Assembly (NCBI GenBank): GCA_964534375.1
Contig: CAZHPN010000021.1
Coordinates: 1 to 21,540, forward strand
Direction of reading: 5' to 3'
Length of the DNA: 21,540 bases
Origin: an uncultured bacterium
Lineage (GTDB): Bacteria; Lernaellota; Lernaellaia; Lernaellales; Lernaellaceae
Made by a program: the position numbers and the translations under genes. The notes under the pieces were generated by a model. That model was not told where the DNA came from, did not search any database, and saw only the letters and a list, made by a program, of their open reading frames with translations. Shown here piece by piece: positions 8,616-15,456 of the stretch. How positions within the stretch are numbered: position 1 is the first letter of the stretch; each line of letters starts with the position of its first letter.

Positions 8616-8790
8616 TCAAACGGCCACGGTCGCGCGCGGCGTCACGATCGCGTGCGACAACGGACCGCGCGCGATCGCCTCCTCCCAAATTACCGTGTGA
8701 TCGATCGGCGGCCCCGCGCTGACGCGGGCGCGCGCGCCAATAACCGCATACGGGCCGATGGACGCGCCGGCGTCGACAACAGCCGCGTGG
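8616..8790 (-). pseudogene. Duplicated 3' fragment of the nucleotidyltransferase gene (by-product of the tandem duplication)
   Basis: Encodes HAAVVDAGASIGPYAVIG…TPRATVAV*, identical to the C-terminus of 9097..10101 but without its 5' part. Confidence 0.75.
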
Positions 8791-9080
8791 ACGATCGCGC
8801 CGTTCCGTGCGCCTATTTTGACGATTGGACGCCCGGTCCGGACGACATCGATCTGCCGGCGTTGTTCACGCGCGAACTGGCGGCGGGCCGCAATCCGTTC
8901 GCCGACCGGATTCACCCGAACCAGCACGGCCACCAGGTTCTGGCGCGGGAGTTGTTCGCGAAAATCGCGGAACGCTGGCATGAGCCGGTTTGCGACGTGG
9001 AGCCGATCCTCGCGGCCGAAACGCGGGCTGAGGCGCAACGGGAAACGAAAGCGGCCGAAGCGGGTACGCCCGCGAGTTGA
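8784..9080 (+). pseudogene. Duplicated 3' fragment of the SGNH hydrolase gene (by-product of the tandem duplication)
   Basis: Encodes RVDDRAVPCAYFDD…ADRIHP…AGTPAS*, identical to the C-terminus of 7502..8599; lacks blocks I-III. Confidence 0.75.
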
Positions 9081-9096
9081 CGAGAACTTCAGGCCG

Positions 9097-10101
9097 TCAA
9101 ACGGCCACGGTCGCGCGCGGCGTCACGATCGCGTGCGACAACGGACCGCGCGCGATCGCCTCCTCCCAAATTACCGTGTGATCGATCGGCGGCCCCGCGC
9201 TGACGCGGGCGCGCGCGCCAATAACCGCATACGGGCCGATGGACGCGCCGGCGTCGACAACAGCCGCGTGGCCGATCAAGGCGGGCGGCCGGATTACGGC
9301 GAGCGGCGACAGGTCGGCGGTCGGATCGGACCAAACGCCGGGCGCGATTTCCTGCAGTCCATCTCGCACGAACGCGAACGGGCCGGCGTCGTCGAGCAGC
9401 GCCCATTGCGCTTCCAGATAGTCCGCGGGCGCGCCCAGATCGAAGAAGCGTCCGGCGCCGAACGCGGCGCGCACCGCGCCACGCCGGCCGGCGATCAGCG
9501 GCAGGTAGACCTGACGAATGATGCAGATCGCCGCGTCGGGCGGCATGACCGCAAAAATCTCCGGCGACAAAATGTGCGCGCCGGCAAAAAGGCCGCGCCG
9601 CACGCCGGGCCGGGCGAGCAGGCCGGCGATGTCCGTCACGGCGCCGTCCGGCGCGACCTCGACGGCGCCGTAACGCGCCACTCGCGGATCGTCGAGCAGC
9701 AGCATGGTCGCGAGCGCGCCGGTCCGCCGGTGTTCGGCGACGAGCGCCGAGAGTTCGGTTTCCGCGATCGTGTCGCCGTTGAGCAGGACGATCGTCTCGG
9801 CGCCGTCCAGCAGCGCCCGCGCGTTTTTCAAGCCGCCGCCGGTTCCCAGAATCGCCGGCTCGTAAATCGTGCGCACGGCCAGGCCGAAGGGCGGCGGCTC
9901 GAGCGCCGCGGCAACAGTTTCCGGCAAATGGTGCAGATTGACGACGACGCGATCCGGTCGCAACGCGCCGACCTGGCGCAACGGGAAATGAATGATGGGG
10001 CGATTCAAGGCCGGACACGCCGGCTTGGCCTTTTCCTCGGTCAGGGGCGCGAGCCGGACGCCGTGCCCGGCGGCCAGAACCATCGCGGCCAGCGCGCTCA
10101 C
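9097..10101 (-). CDS. NDP-sugar synthase / nucleotidyltransferase (MurU-like or mannose-1-P guanylyltransferase-like, with a C-terminal hexapeptide-repeat region)
   Basis: GTG start at 10101 overlaps the kinase TGA (GTGA); AMVLAAGHGVRLAPLTEEKAKP, EPAILGTGGGLKNA, LNGD, FFDLG; C-terminal left-handed beta-helix-like repeats (ALIGHAAVVDAGASIGPYAVIGARARV). Confidence 0.88.
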   Translation of the reverse strand: MSALAAMVLAAGHGVRLAPLTEEKAKPACPALNRPIIHFPLRQVGALRPDRVVVNLHHLPETVAAALEPPPFGLAVRTIYEPAILGTGGGLKNARALLDGAETIVLLNGDTIAETELSALVAEHRRTGALATMLLLDDPRVARYGAVEVAPDGAVTDIAGLLARPGVRRGLFAGAHILSPEIFAVMPPDAAICIIRQVYLPLIAGRRGAVRAAFGAGRFFDLGAPADYLEAQWALLDDAGPFAFVRDGLQEIAPGVWSDPTADLSPLAVIRPPALIGHAAVVDAGASIGPYAVIGARARVSAGPPIDHTVIWEEAIARGPLSHAIVTPRATVAV

Positions 10102-11162
10102 TGCAATTCCGGCGTCCAGCGCCGCAGGCGTTCGACCAGCGGCGCCAGTTCCGGGGCGCGCTTGGCGTAGCCCGGAAGGTACGAGAGCGTCCGCGGAATG
10201 TCCTTCTCGTAGCCCGGCTTGCCTTTGACGCGTTCGATGTACACAAAGCGGCCGGCGGCCTTGAGATTGCGCTGGAGGGCCGTCGCCCACAATTCGGCGA
10301 GAAATTGCCGGCGGTCGACGGGTTCGCCGCCGCGCGCTTCCCAGGTTTTCAGGTAATGCTCGACCAATTCGTCCACCAGCGGCCAGCCGAGATCGATGTA
10401 GCTGTCGCGAAGCAGCGAGGCCAGGTCGTAAGTTCGCGGCCCGAGCAAGGCGTCTTGAAAGTCGATGAGCGCCAAGCGCTCGTCGCGCACCATCAAATTG
10501 CGGCTGTGATAATCGCGGTGGACGAACACCTTCGGCAGCGCCGCCAGACGCGCCGCCCACGGCCGGCAGGCGTCGTCCAACTCCTGCCGCGCGTCGGCCG
10601 GCAAGGGGTGGAATCGCGCCTCGATGCCGTACTCGAAAAAGTGGCGAAATTCCCAGAGGAACAGTTCCGTCGAATACGTTTGGCGCGACGCCACGCAATC
10701 GGCGTCCAGCCGCGCCGTGCCCGCGATTTGCAGATACACCAGGTGGTCGAGCGCGCGCTGGTACAGCTTTTTCGTGCGTTCTTTGACCTGCGCCTGCGCG
10801 ACGTCGAAGAGCAAGTTGTCGCCCAGATCTTCCAGCAGCAGCACGCCCAAGTCGGTGTTCGCGTAGAGCACTTTCGGCACGGGCATGCCGAGGCCGGCGA
10901 GGAAGCGGTGGATGTTGAGGAACGGCAACTCGCCGCGTTCGTCGTGGTACAGCGTCACTTCCTCGGATTTGATGAACGGGCCGGCCTGCGCCAATTCCAT
11001 CATCACCGCCGTGCGCCGTTCGCCGAAAACGCCGTAGGTCAGGCGAAAGTAGCGGCGGTCCGAGGCGTCGCCGCCCATGCGGTGCGCCAGCAGGTCGTAG
11101 GGCGCGGCCCGCTCCATTTCGTGAACCGCCTGTTGCGCTTTCTCGGCTGCCGTCATCGTCAT
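10098..11162 (-). CDS. amgK: Aminoglycoside phosphotransferase family protein, AmgK-like anomeric MurNAc/GlcNAc kinase
   Basis: GDASDRRYFR, LLLEDLG, HRDYHSRNLM, IDFQDA, YDLASLLRD and LQRNLKAAGRF motifs typical of AmgK; ATG at 11162 overlaps the upstream stop (ATGA); immediately followed by a nucleotidyltransferase. Confidence 0.8.
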   Translation of the reverse strand: MTMTAAEKAQQAVHEMERAAPYDLLAHRMGGDASDRRYFRLTYGVFGERRTAVMMELAQAGPFIKSEEVTLYHDERGELPFLNIHRFLAGLGMPVPKVLYANTDLGVLLLEDLGDNLLFDVAQAQVKERTKKLYQRALDHLVYLQIAGTARLDADCVASRQTYSTELFLWEFRHFFEYGIEARFHPLPADARQELDDACRPWAARLAALPKVFVHRDYHSRNLMVRDERLALIDFQDALLGPRTYDLASLLRDSYIDLGWPLVDELVEHYLKTWEARGGEPVDRRQFLAELWATALQRNLKAAGRFVYIERVKGKPGYEKDIPRTLSYLPGYAKRAPELAPLVERLRRWTPELQ

Positions 11163-12001
11163 GCGACTCGCTCCGCGAACCGTCGCCAGAACGCCATCGC
11201 CTCGCCGAGCTTCGCGCGGCAATCGCGTTCGTGCCGGTCGTCTTCCACCGCCGCCCCGTTGAGTTCAAAGGTGAACAGCCCGGCGTTCGGCGCCTGCCAG
11301 CGCAGGGCCGTCGAGGCGGCGGACCAATCGATCGTGCCGCGGCCCGGCGGCAGGTGCTCGTCGATCTCGCCGTGGTTGTCGTGCGCGTGCAACGCCAGCA
11401 GATGGTCGCCCGCGTTGGCGATTTCCCAAATCAACCCGCCGTCGATGTGGGCATGGCCGACGTCGAGGCAGACGCCGACGCGCCCGCCATAGTCGCAGCA
11501 AATCTTCGTCAGCGCGCCCGCCCGCGTGCCGGGCAGCATGATGTTTTCCAGCGCGATTCGGGCGCCGCGTCGCTCGCACTGCGGCGCCAGCCAATCCAGC
11601 GCCGGCCGCAGGCGACGGTCGGTCGCGTCGCCGCGCACGCGCGTCGCGGTCGGATGCAGCACGTATAGCTGGCACCCGAACGACTCGCCGACGTCGAGCC
11701 ACCGCACCGCCTTGTCGCCCATCAGGGCGCGGTTTTCCGGACGCGGATCGGCGAAGCTCACGTACCGGAATTCCGGCGAGCCGAACTCGTGTTGGAAAGG
11801 CAGGTGGATCGACGCGACGCGCAGGCCGGTCGCTGCGAGCCACGCGCGCAACTCGGCCGCCGCCGCGTCGTCGTAGAAGGCGAAATGGTGCTCCGCTCCC
11901 CACAGCTCGATTGCGTCGAATCCGGCCGCGGCGATCCACTCCAAATTCGACGATCGCAAGCGATGGTGGGCAAATAAGTGCGTGCTGACCGCGGCAATCA
12001 T
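11159..12001 (-). CDS. Sugar phosphate isomerase/epimerase family protein (xylose isomerase-like / AP endonuclease 2 TIM barrel)
   Basis: Likely start ATG 12001 (MIAAVSTHLF); AAAGFDAIELW, SIHLPF, IALEN, CLDVGHAH, LHAHDNHGEIDEHLPPGRGTIDW and a C-terminal FE metal-ligand pattern. Confidence 0.85.
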   Translation of the reverse strand: MIAAVSTHLFAHHRLRSSNLEWIAAAGFDAIELWGAEHHFAFYDDAAAAELRAWLAATGLRVASIHLPFQHEFGSPEFRYVSFADPRPENRALMGDKAVRWLDVGESFGCQLYVLHPTATRVRGDATDRRLRPALDWLAPQCERRGARIALENIMLPGTRAGALTKICCDYGGRVGVCLDVGHAHIDGGLIWEIANAGDHLLALHAHDNHGEIDEHLPPGRGTIDWSAASTALRWQAPNAGLFTFELNGAAVEDDRHERDCRAKLGEAMAFWRRFAERVA

Positions 12002-12055
12002 CGGGGCCTTTTGTAACAGCGCCCCGCGCGGGCCGCAAGTTGTTTTTGCGAACAT

Positions 12056-12925
12056 TTACCGCCCGACCGTCGCGCCGCTCTGCGCATTGATCGCGACGGC
12101 GTCGGTCGGCGCGGGCAGCAGGCGGACGGCGACGGGTTCCAGCGCCCAGGCGGAAAGGTCGATCTCGGCGACAGGGTTCAGCCAGCGGTCGAGACGGCGC
12201 AGCAGGAATTTCGGGGCGTTGAACCGCCAGACTTTCGCGGCGTCCGGGTGAAACAGCAGCCGCCGGCCCTCCAACGCGAACCGGCCGGCCGCCGCCACGG
12301 GAATTTTCAGGCCGAACCACCCGCACGCCAAGGCGGATACGCCGAATTGCTCCGCGGTGGTCTCAATGTGGATATTGCGCAAGTCGCGATTCTGCGTCTC
12401 TAAGAACGCGGCGAGCGCGTCGTTGCGCACGCGGAACTCGGCGGTCGCGCCTTTCGCCGCGAGCACGGTCAGCCGGCGCGGCCCGGCGAGCGCCGGCCAA
12501 TCGACTTCCGGCCGCTCGTAATAAAACGCCGCGCGCGAGACGGGCACGCCGCCGATGGCGAAATCCGCGGCCTGCCACGCCAGGATTCCCGGCCGCGGCG
12601 TCGGGTCGCACACCTGCCAGACGAAACCGGAGCCCCGTGCGGGGGCCAAGGCCTCGCGCAACAGCCGGCTGAGCAGGTCGCAGGTCAGCGGCCCGCGGAG
12701 CGGCGCGCCGTCGCGCCAATAGACGAATTCCGCGCCGTCGAAACCGCCGCGTGCCGCCTCCGCCGCCGGCCGCCCGGCCGCCGAAAGCTCAAGCGGGGGT
12801 CCTCCTCCGCGCGGGAAGCAGGTCGCGAACCAGGCGAGCAAGCCCCCGACGGCGACGCCGGCGACGCCGAGGAAAACCCAGATTCTTCGTTTGGGTCGCG
12901 CACCGCTGACGGCAGGCTTCGCCAT
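12056..12925 (-). CDS. Hypothetical single-TM anchored protein; C-terminal region possibly LmeA/DUF2993-like
   Basis: Likely start ATG 12925 (MAKPAVSGARPKRRIWVFLGVAGVAVGGLLAWF), because the track start at 13015 would run through the atpE terminator. The C-terminal region (ALAAFLE…NPVAEIDLS..LEPVAVRL) resembles DUF2993-type proteins by eye only. Confidence 0.6.
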   Translation of the reverse strand: MAKPAVSGARPKRRIWVFLGVAGVAVGGLLAWFATCFPRGGGPPLELSAAGRPAAEAARGGFDGAEFVYWRDGAPLRGPLTCDLLSRLLREALAPARGSGFVWQVCDPTPRPGILAWQAADFAIGGVPVSRAAFYYERPEVDWPALAGPRRLTVLAAKGATAEFRVRNDALAAFLETQNRDLRNIHIETTAEQFGVSALACGWFGLKIPVAAAGRFALEGRRLLFHPDAAKVWRFNAPKFLLRRLDRWLNPVAEIDLSAWALEPVAVRLLPAPTDAVAINAQSGATVGR

Positions 12926-12970
12926 GGGCAACCTATCTCGGCCAGGGCGTTCGCCGCCCCGCGGTGTCCG

Positions 12971-13008
12971 CAAAAGGAAAAGGCCGTCCGGTGAGGGACG
13001 GCCTTTTC
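12971..13008 (-). terminator. Intrinsic terminator downstream of atpE
   Basis: 13-bp perfect inverted repeat GAAAAGGCCGTCC (12977-12989) / GGACGGCCTTTTC (12996-13008) with a 6-nt loop; on the minus strand it ends in TTTTCCTTTT; about 20 nt after the atpE stop. Confidence 0.85.
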
Positions 13009-13027
13009 GGCGCATCGGTTTTCGCGA

Positions 13028-13348
13028 CTACAGTTTGAAGAACAGCAAGAAGCTGACCAGCAGACTGTAGATGACCAGGGACTCGATCAGGGCGAGGCCG
13101 AGGATCATCGGGGTGAAAACCTTCTGGTACGCGCCGGGATTTCGGGCAATTGCCTCGATCGCGGCGGCGGCGGCGCGGCCTTGGCCCAAGGCCCCGCCGA
13201 GCGCGGCGATGGAGATGCCCAGACCGCAACTGAGGGCGATCATGCTCTTCACACTGTTGTCCAATCCCTCTCCCGCTGCCAGAGCCGACCCTGTCAGGAC
13301 AACCGTCGTCAGAGCCACGATGGCCAGCACCATAACGGTCCGTTTCAT
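13028..13348 (-). CDS. atpE: ATP synthase Fo subunit c (with N-terminal signal-peptide-like leader)
   Basis: GLGISIAALGGALGQG, loop IARNP, carboxylate helix LALIESLVIY; GGAGGAG RBS upstream. Confidence 0.96.
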   Translation of the reverse strand: MKRTVMVLAIVALTTVVLTGSALAAGEGLDNSVKSMIALSCGLGISIAALGGALGQGRAAAAAIEAIARNPGAYQKVFTPMILGLALIESLVIYSLLVSFLLFFKL

Positions 13349-13412
13349 CTGCCAACTCCTCCGTCCAGCACTTCAAACGTCGCAGGCAATCCGCGACGCG
13401 TTGCTGCCAAAA

Positions 13413-14462
13413 CTAATGCTCCTTCGCCGTGGCGAGGCCGATGTAAACCATCGTCAGCAAGCAGAACACGAGCGTTTGCACGATGGCCACCAAGAGGCCG
13501 AGGGCGAGGAACGGAATCGGATACAACAGCGGGATCGGCGCCAGGCTCATGAACACGAGAAAGACTCGGTGGTCGCCGATCATATTGCCCATCAGACGCA
13601 AAGAGAGACTGACCGGCCGCACGATGTCGCTGATCAGTTCGATCGGCACCATGAGCGGCGCCAGGATGTATTTCATCTTGCCTTCCAGCGGGCCCATGAA
13701 GTGCGCGAGGTATTTGCCGACGCCGTGCGTTTTGACGCCGTAATAGTGGTAGATGCAAAACACGGTCAGCGCCATGGCGGCGTTGGTCATTAAGGTGTCG
13801 GTCGCGGTGTGGAAGCCGGGGATCAAGCCCAGCAGGTTGTTGAACAAAATCACGATCGCCAGCGTGCCGACCAGCGGCAGATATTTTTCCGTGTTGTGGC
13901 CGCCGATGACTTCCTGCATCAGCCCGAGCACGGTATTGACGATCATTTCCATGAAGTTGGCGAGCGAAACATTCGGCGACGGCGCCGGGTTGTCTTGCGC
14001 CAAGAGCTTGCGGTAATGACCGCCGAGCACAACGGCCATGATCGAAAGCAGCGTGACCACGAAAAACATGATCAGCACGTGCTGCAGACGTTCCGCCGTG
14101 TATTTGGCCTTGTCAGGCTCTGTGCCGAACAGCGGCGCGATTTTCTCGGCGAGGTCGAAGGTCCAACCCATCGGGAGCAACAAAAAGAACGTCCAGTGCT
14201 CCGGCTTTTCTTCGGCCGGTTCGCCGGTCGCCGGCTTTGCCGTCTCGGCGGCCGCGGGCGGCGTAGATTCGTTGGTCTGTTTGGCGGCGAGCCACCGAGC
14301 CGTTACCGGCCGAATCGTGCCTTGCCCGGACGCCGGGGCGATCGGACTCGAAACTGAATTCGGCGTCGCGGGGGAGGTCGTCTCGGTGTTCTGCGCCCAT
14401 GCCGCAGTGCAGCAAATCAGGAGCAGAAAGAGCGCGCTGATGACCGTGCGGGAACGTAACAT
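13413..14462 (-). CDS. atpB: ATP synthase Fo subunit a (with N-terminal signal peptide and low-complexity extension)
   Basis: NLLGLIPG, PIELIS..VRPVSLSLRLMGNMIGDH (essential Arg), VQTLVFCLLTMVYI; GAGGAG RBS. Confidence 0.96.
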   Translation of the reverse strand: MLRSRTVISALFLLLICCTAAWAQNTETTSPATPNSVSSPIAPASGQGTIRPVTARWLAAKQTNESTPPAAAETAKPATGEPAEEKPEHWTFFLLLPMGWTFDLAEKIAPLFGTEPDKAKYTAERLQHVLIMFFVVTLLSIMAVVLGGHYRKLLAQDNPAPSPNVSLANFMEMIVNTVLGLMQEVIGGHNTEKYLPLVGTLAIVILFNNLLGLIPGFHTATDTLMTNAAMALTVFCIYHYYGVKTHGVGKYLAHFMGPLEGKMKYILAPLMVPIELISDIVRPVSLSLRLMGNMIGDHRVFLVFMSLAPIPLLYPIPFLALGLLVAIVQTLVFCLLTMVYIGLATAKEH

Positions 14463-14486
14463 GCTGGGGCTCTCCTCGCGTACTTC

Positions 14487-14999
14487 TTAGTCGAAAACGG
14501 TCTTCTTGGCGCCCGGTTTATAAACCTTTTTGAGTTTGTTGTCTACGTCGTCCCAACCGATGAATTTTTCTTCGCTTTTTTGCATTTCGTCGTCGATCAG
14601 ATCGCCGAATCCGTGGCTCACGGCGTAAATCGTCGCGCCGATGATGGCGGCCACGATGATGCCCAAGCTCGCGAAGAACGCCGGCACGTTCACCGCCTGG
14701 TAATAAACGACGGCGAAGCAGATCGCGATCAGGGCCATTAACTTGAGCCAGACGAAAACGAAGTATTGCAGTTTGAGCCGCTTCGGGTCTTCGAAGATCT
14801 TGCGCCCGACGGCTTTCAGCAGCTCGAAATTGATCAGCGACAAGCCGCCGCCGAGCAACGTGCCGGTCAAGATATCGAGATTGTGAAACACCCGCCAAAG
14901 AACGACGGAAACCGCCACGAAGACGACGTAAAGCACCACGCCAATTTTGCTGACGAAATTGAGCGTGTTGCGTTCGTTAATGACGTTCTTGATCGCCAG
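14487..14999 (-). CDS. atpI: ATP synthase protein I (AtpI-like, 4-TM); start uncertain, CTG proposed
   Basis: Four hydrophobic helices (..GTLLGGGLSLINFELL.., ..FVWLKLMALIAICFAVV..); located between atpZ and atpB; GGAGG lies 6 nt upstream of an in-frame CTG at 14999. Confidence 0.75.
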   Translation of the reverse strand: MAIKNVINERNTLNFVSKIGVVLYVVFVAVSVVLWRVFHNLDILTGTLLGGGLSLINFELLKAVGRKIFEDPKRLKLQYFVFVWLKLMALIAICFAVVYYQAVNVPAFFASLGIIVAAIIGATIYAVSHGFGDLIDDEMQKSEEKFIGWDDVDNKLKKVYKPGAKKTVFD

Positions 15000-15252
15000 G
15001 CTCGTCCTCCTGTCCGACTTTCTTCGCCTTGCGGTACGCTGAATACACCGCATTGGCCGCGGCGCCAAGGCCGAGTATCGTCCAGATGACCAACATCCAA
15101 GGCCGCGTGCCCAGCCACTTGTCGAGGTAAAACCCGATGGCGCAGCCAACGGCGACGCTGCCTCCCATCTCGATGCCGACCGCGCCGAGCGACGTCGCTT
15201 GACGTAGCGCGCCGAAGTCGAAATGGGCCTTGTCGTCGTCCGGTTTCGCCAT
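14977..15252 (-). CDS. atpZ: AtpZ/AtpI family protein (ATPase gene 1)
   Basis: 91 aa from ATG 15252: SLGAVGIEMGGSVAVGCAIGFYLDKWLGTRPWMLVIWTILGLGAA, the typical G..IG..LD.W.GT.PW signature. Confidence 0.88.
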   Translation of the reverse strand: MAKPDDDKAHFDFGALRQATSLGAVGIEMGGSVAVGCAIGFYLDKWLGTRPWMLVIWTILGLGAAANAVYSAYRKAKKVGQEDEPGDQERH

Positions 15253-15393
15253 GCACGAAAGATAACCCAATCGGGCGCAAAAAGCATCCCGTGGCGCCCG
15301 GCCCGGACGAAGCGCCGTTTCGTTGCGCGATCCGGCGCAATTTTTACTTGTTGCTTCCATCTGACGACGGCAGGAGCGGTTTGGCCGATCCTG

Positions 15394-15420
15394 TTGATCC
15401 CGGGCAAAAAGTGCTACATT
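15394..15420 (+). promoter_or_regulatory. Putative sigma70 promoter for argS (extended -10)
   Basis: TGcTACATT at 15412-15420 with TTGATC at 15394-15399 (15-nt spacer, suboptimal), 36 nt before the argS ATG, in the divergent atpZ/argS gap. Confidence 0.4.
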
Positions 15421-15456
15421 CCTCGCCTCAAAAACGCATTTGCGCGAGGCTTAACG

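Larger units (their letters stand above)
8303..9271. repeat. Perfect 481-bp tandem direct duplication (8303-8783 = 8784-9264) bounded by CGCGTGG microhomology
   Basis: Read base by base, the copies appear identical at offset 481; CGCGTGG occurs at 8303, 8784 and 9265; the ORF track shows identical peptide tails (…ADRIHPNQHG…GTPAS twice; …HAAVVDAG…ATVAV twice). Confidence 0.97.

Noticed and set aside
8611..8625. Small hairpin GGCCGT-CAA-ACGGCC at the convergent gene junction (repeated at 9092-9106) as a bidirectional terminator
   Set aside because: Only a 6-bp stem with a 3-nt loop, overlapping a stop codon, and no U-tract on either strand.
8295..9080. 261-aa plus-strand ORF (and the 140-aa minus-strand ORF 8616..9038) spanning the duplication junction, as candidate new fusion genes
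   Set aside because: They join off-frame or antisense sequence to duplicated C-terminal fragments, lack RBSs, and exist only because of the 481-bp duplication.
8303..9271. Duplication as a mobile element, target-site duplication or CRISPR-like array
   Set aside because: The unit consists solely of host gene ends, with no transposase, terminal inverted repeats or repeat-spacer structure.
10098..11162. Phosphotransferase as an aminoglycoside resistance gene
   Set aside because: Motifs (GDAS.R.YFR, HRDYHSRNL, IDFQDA, LQR.LK) and coupling to a nucleotidyltransferase point to the AmgK sugar-kinase clade.
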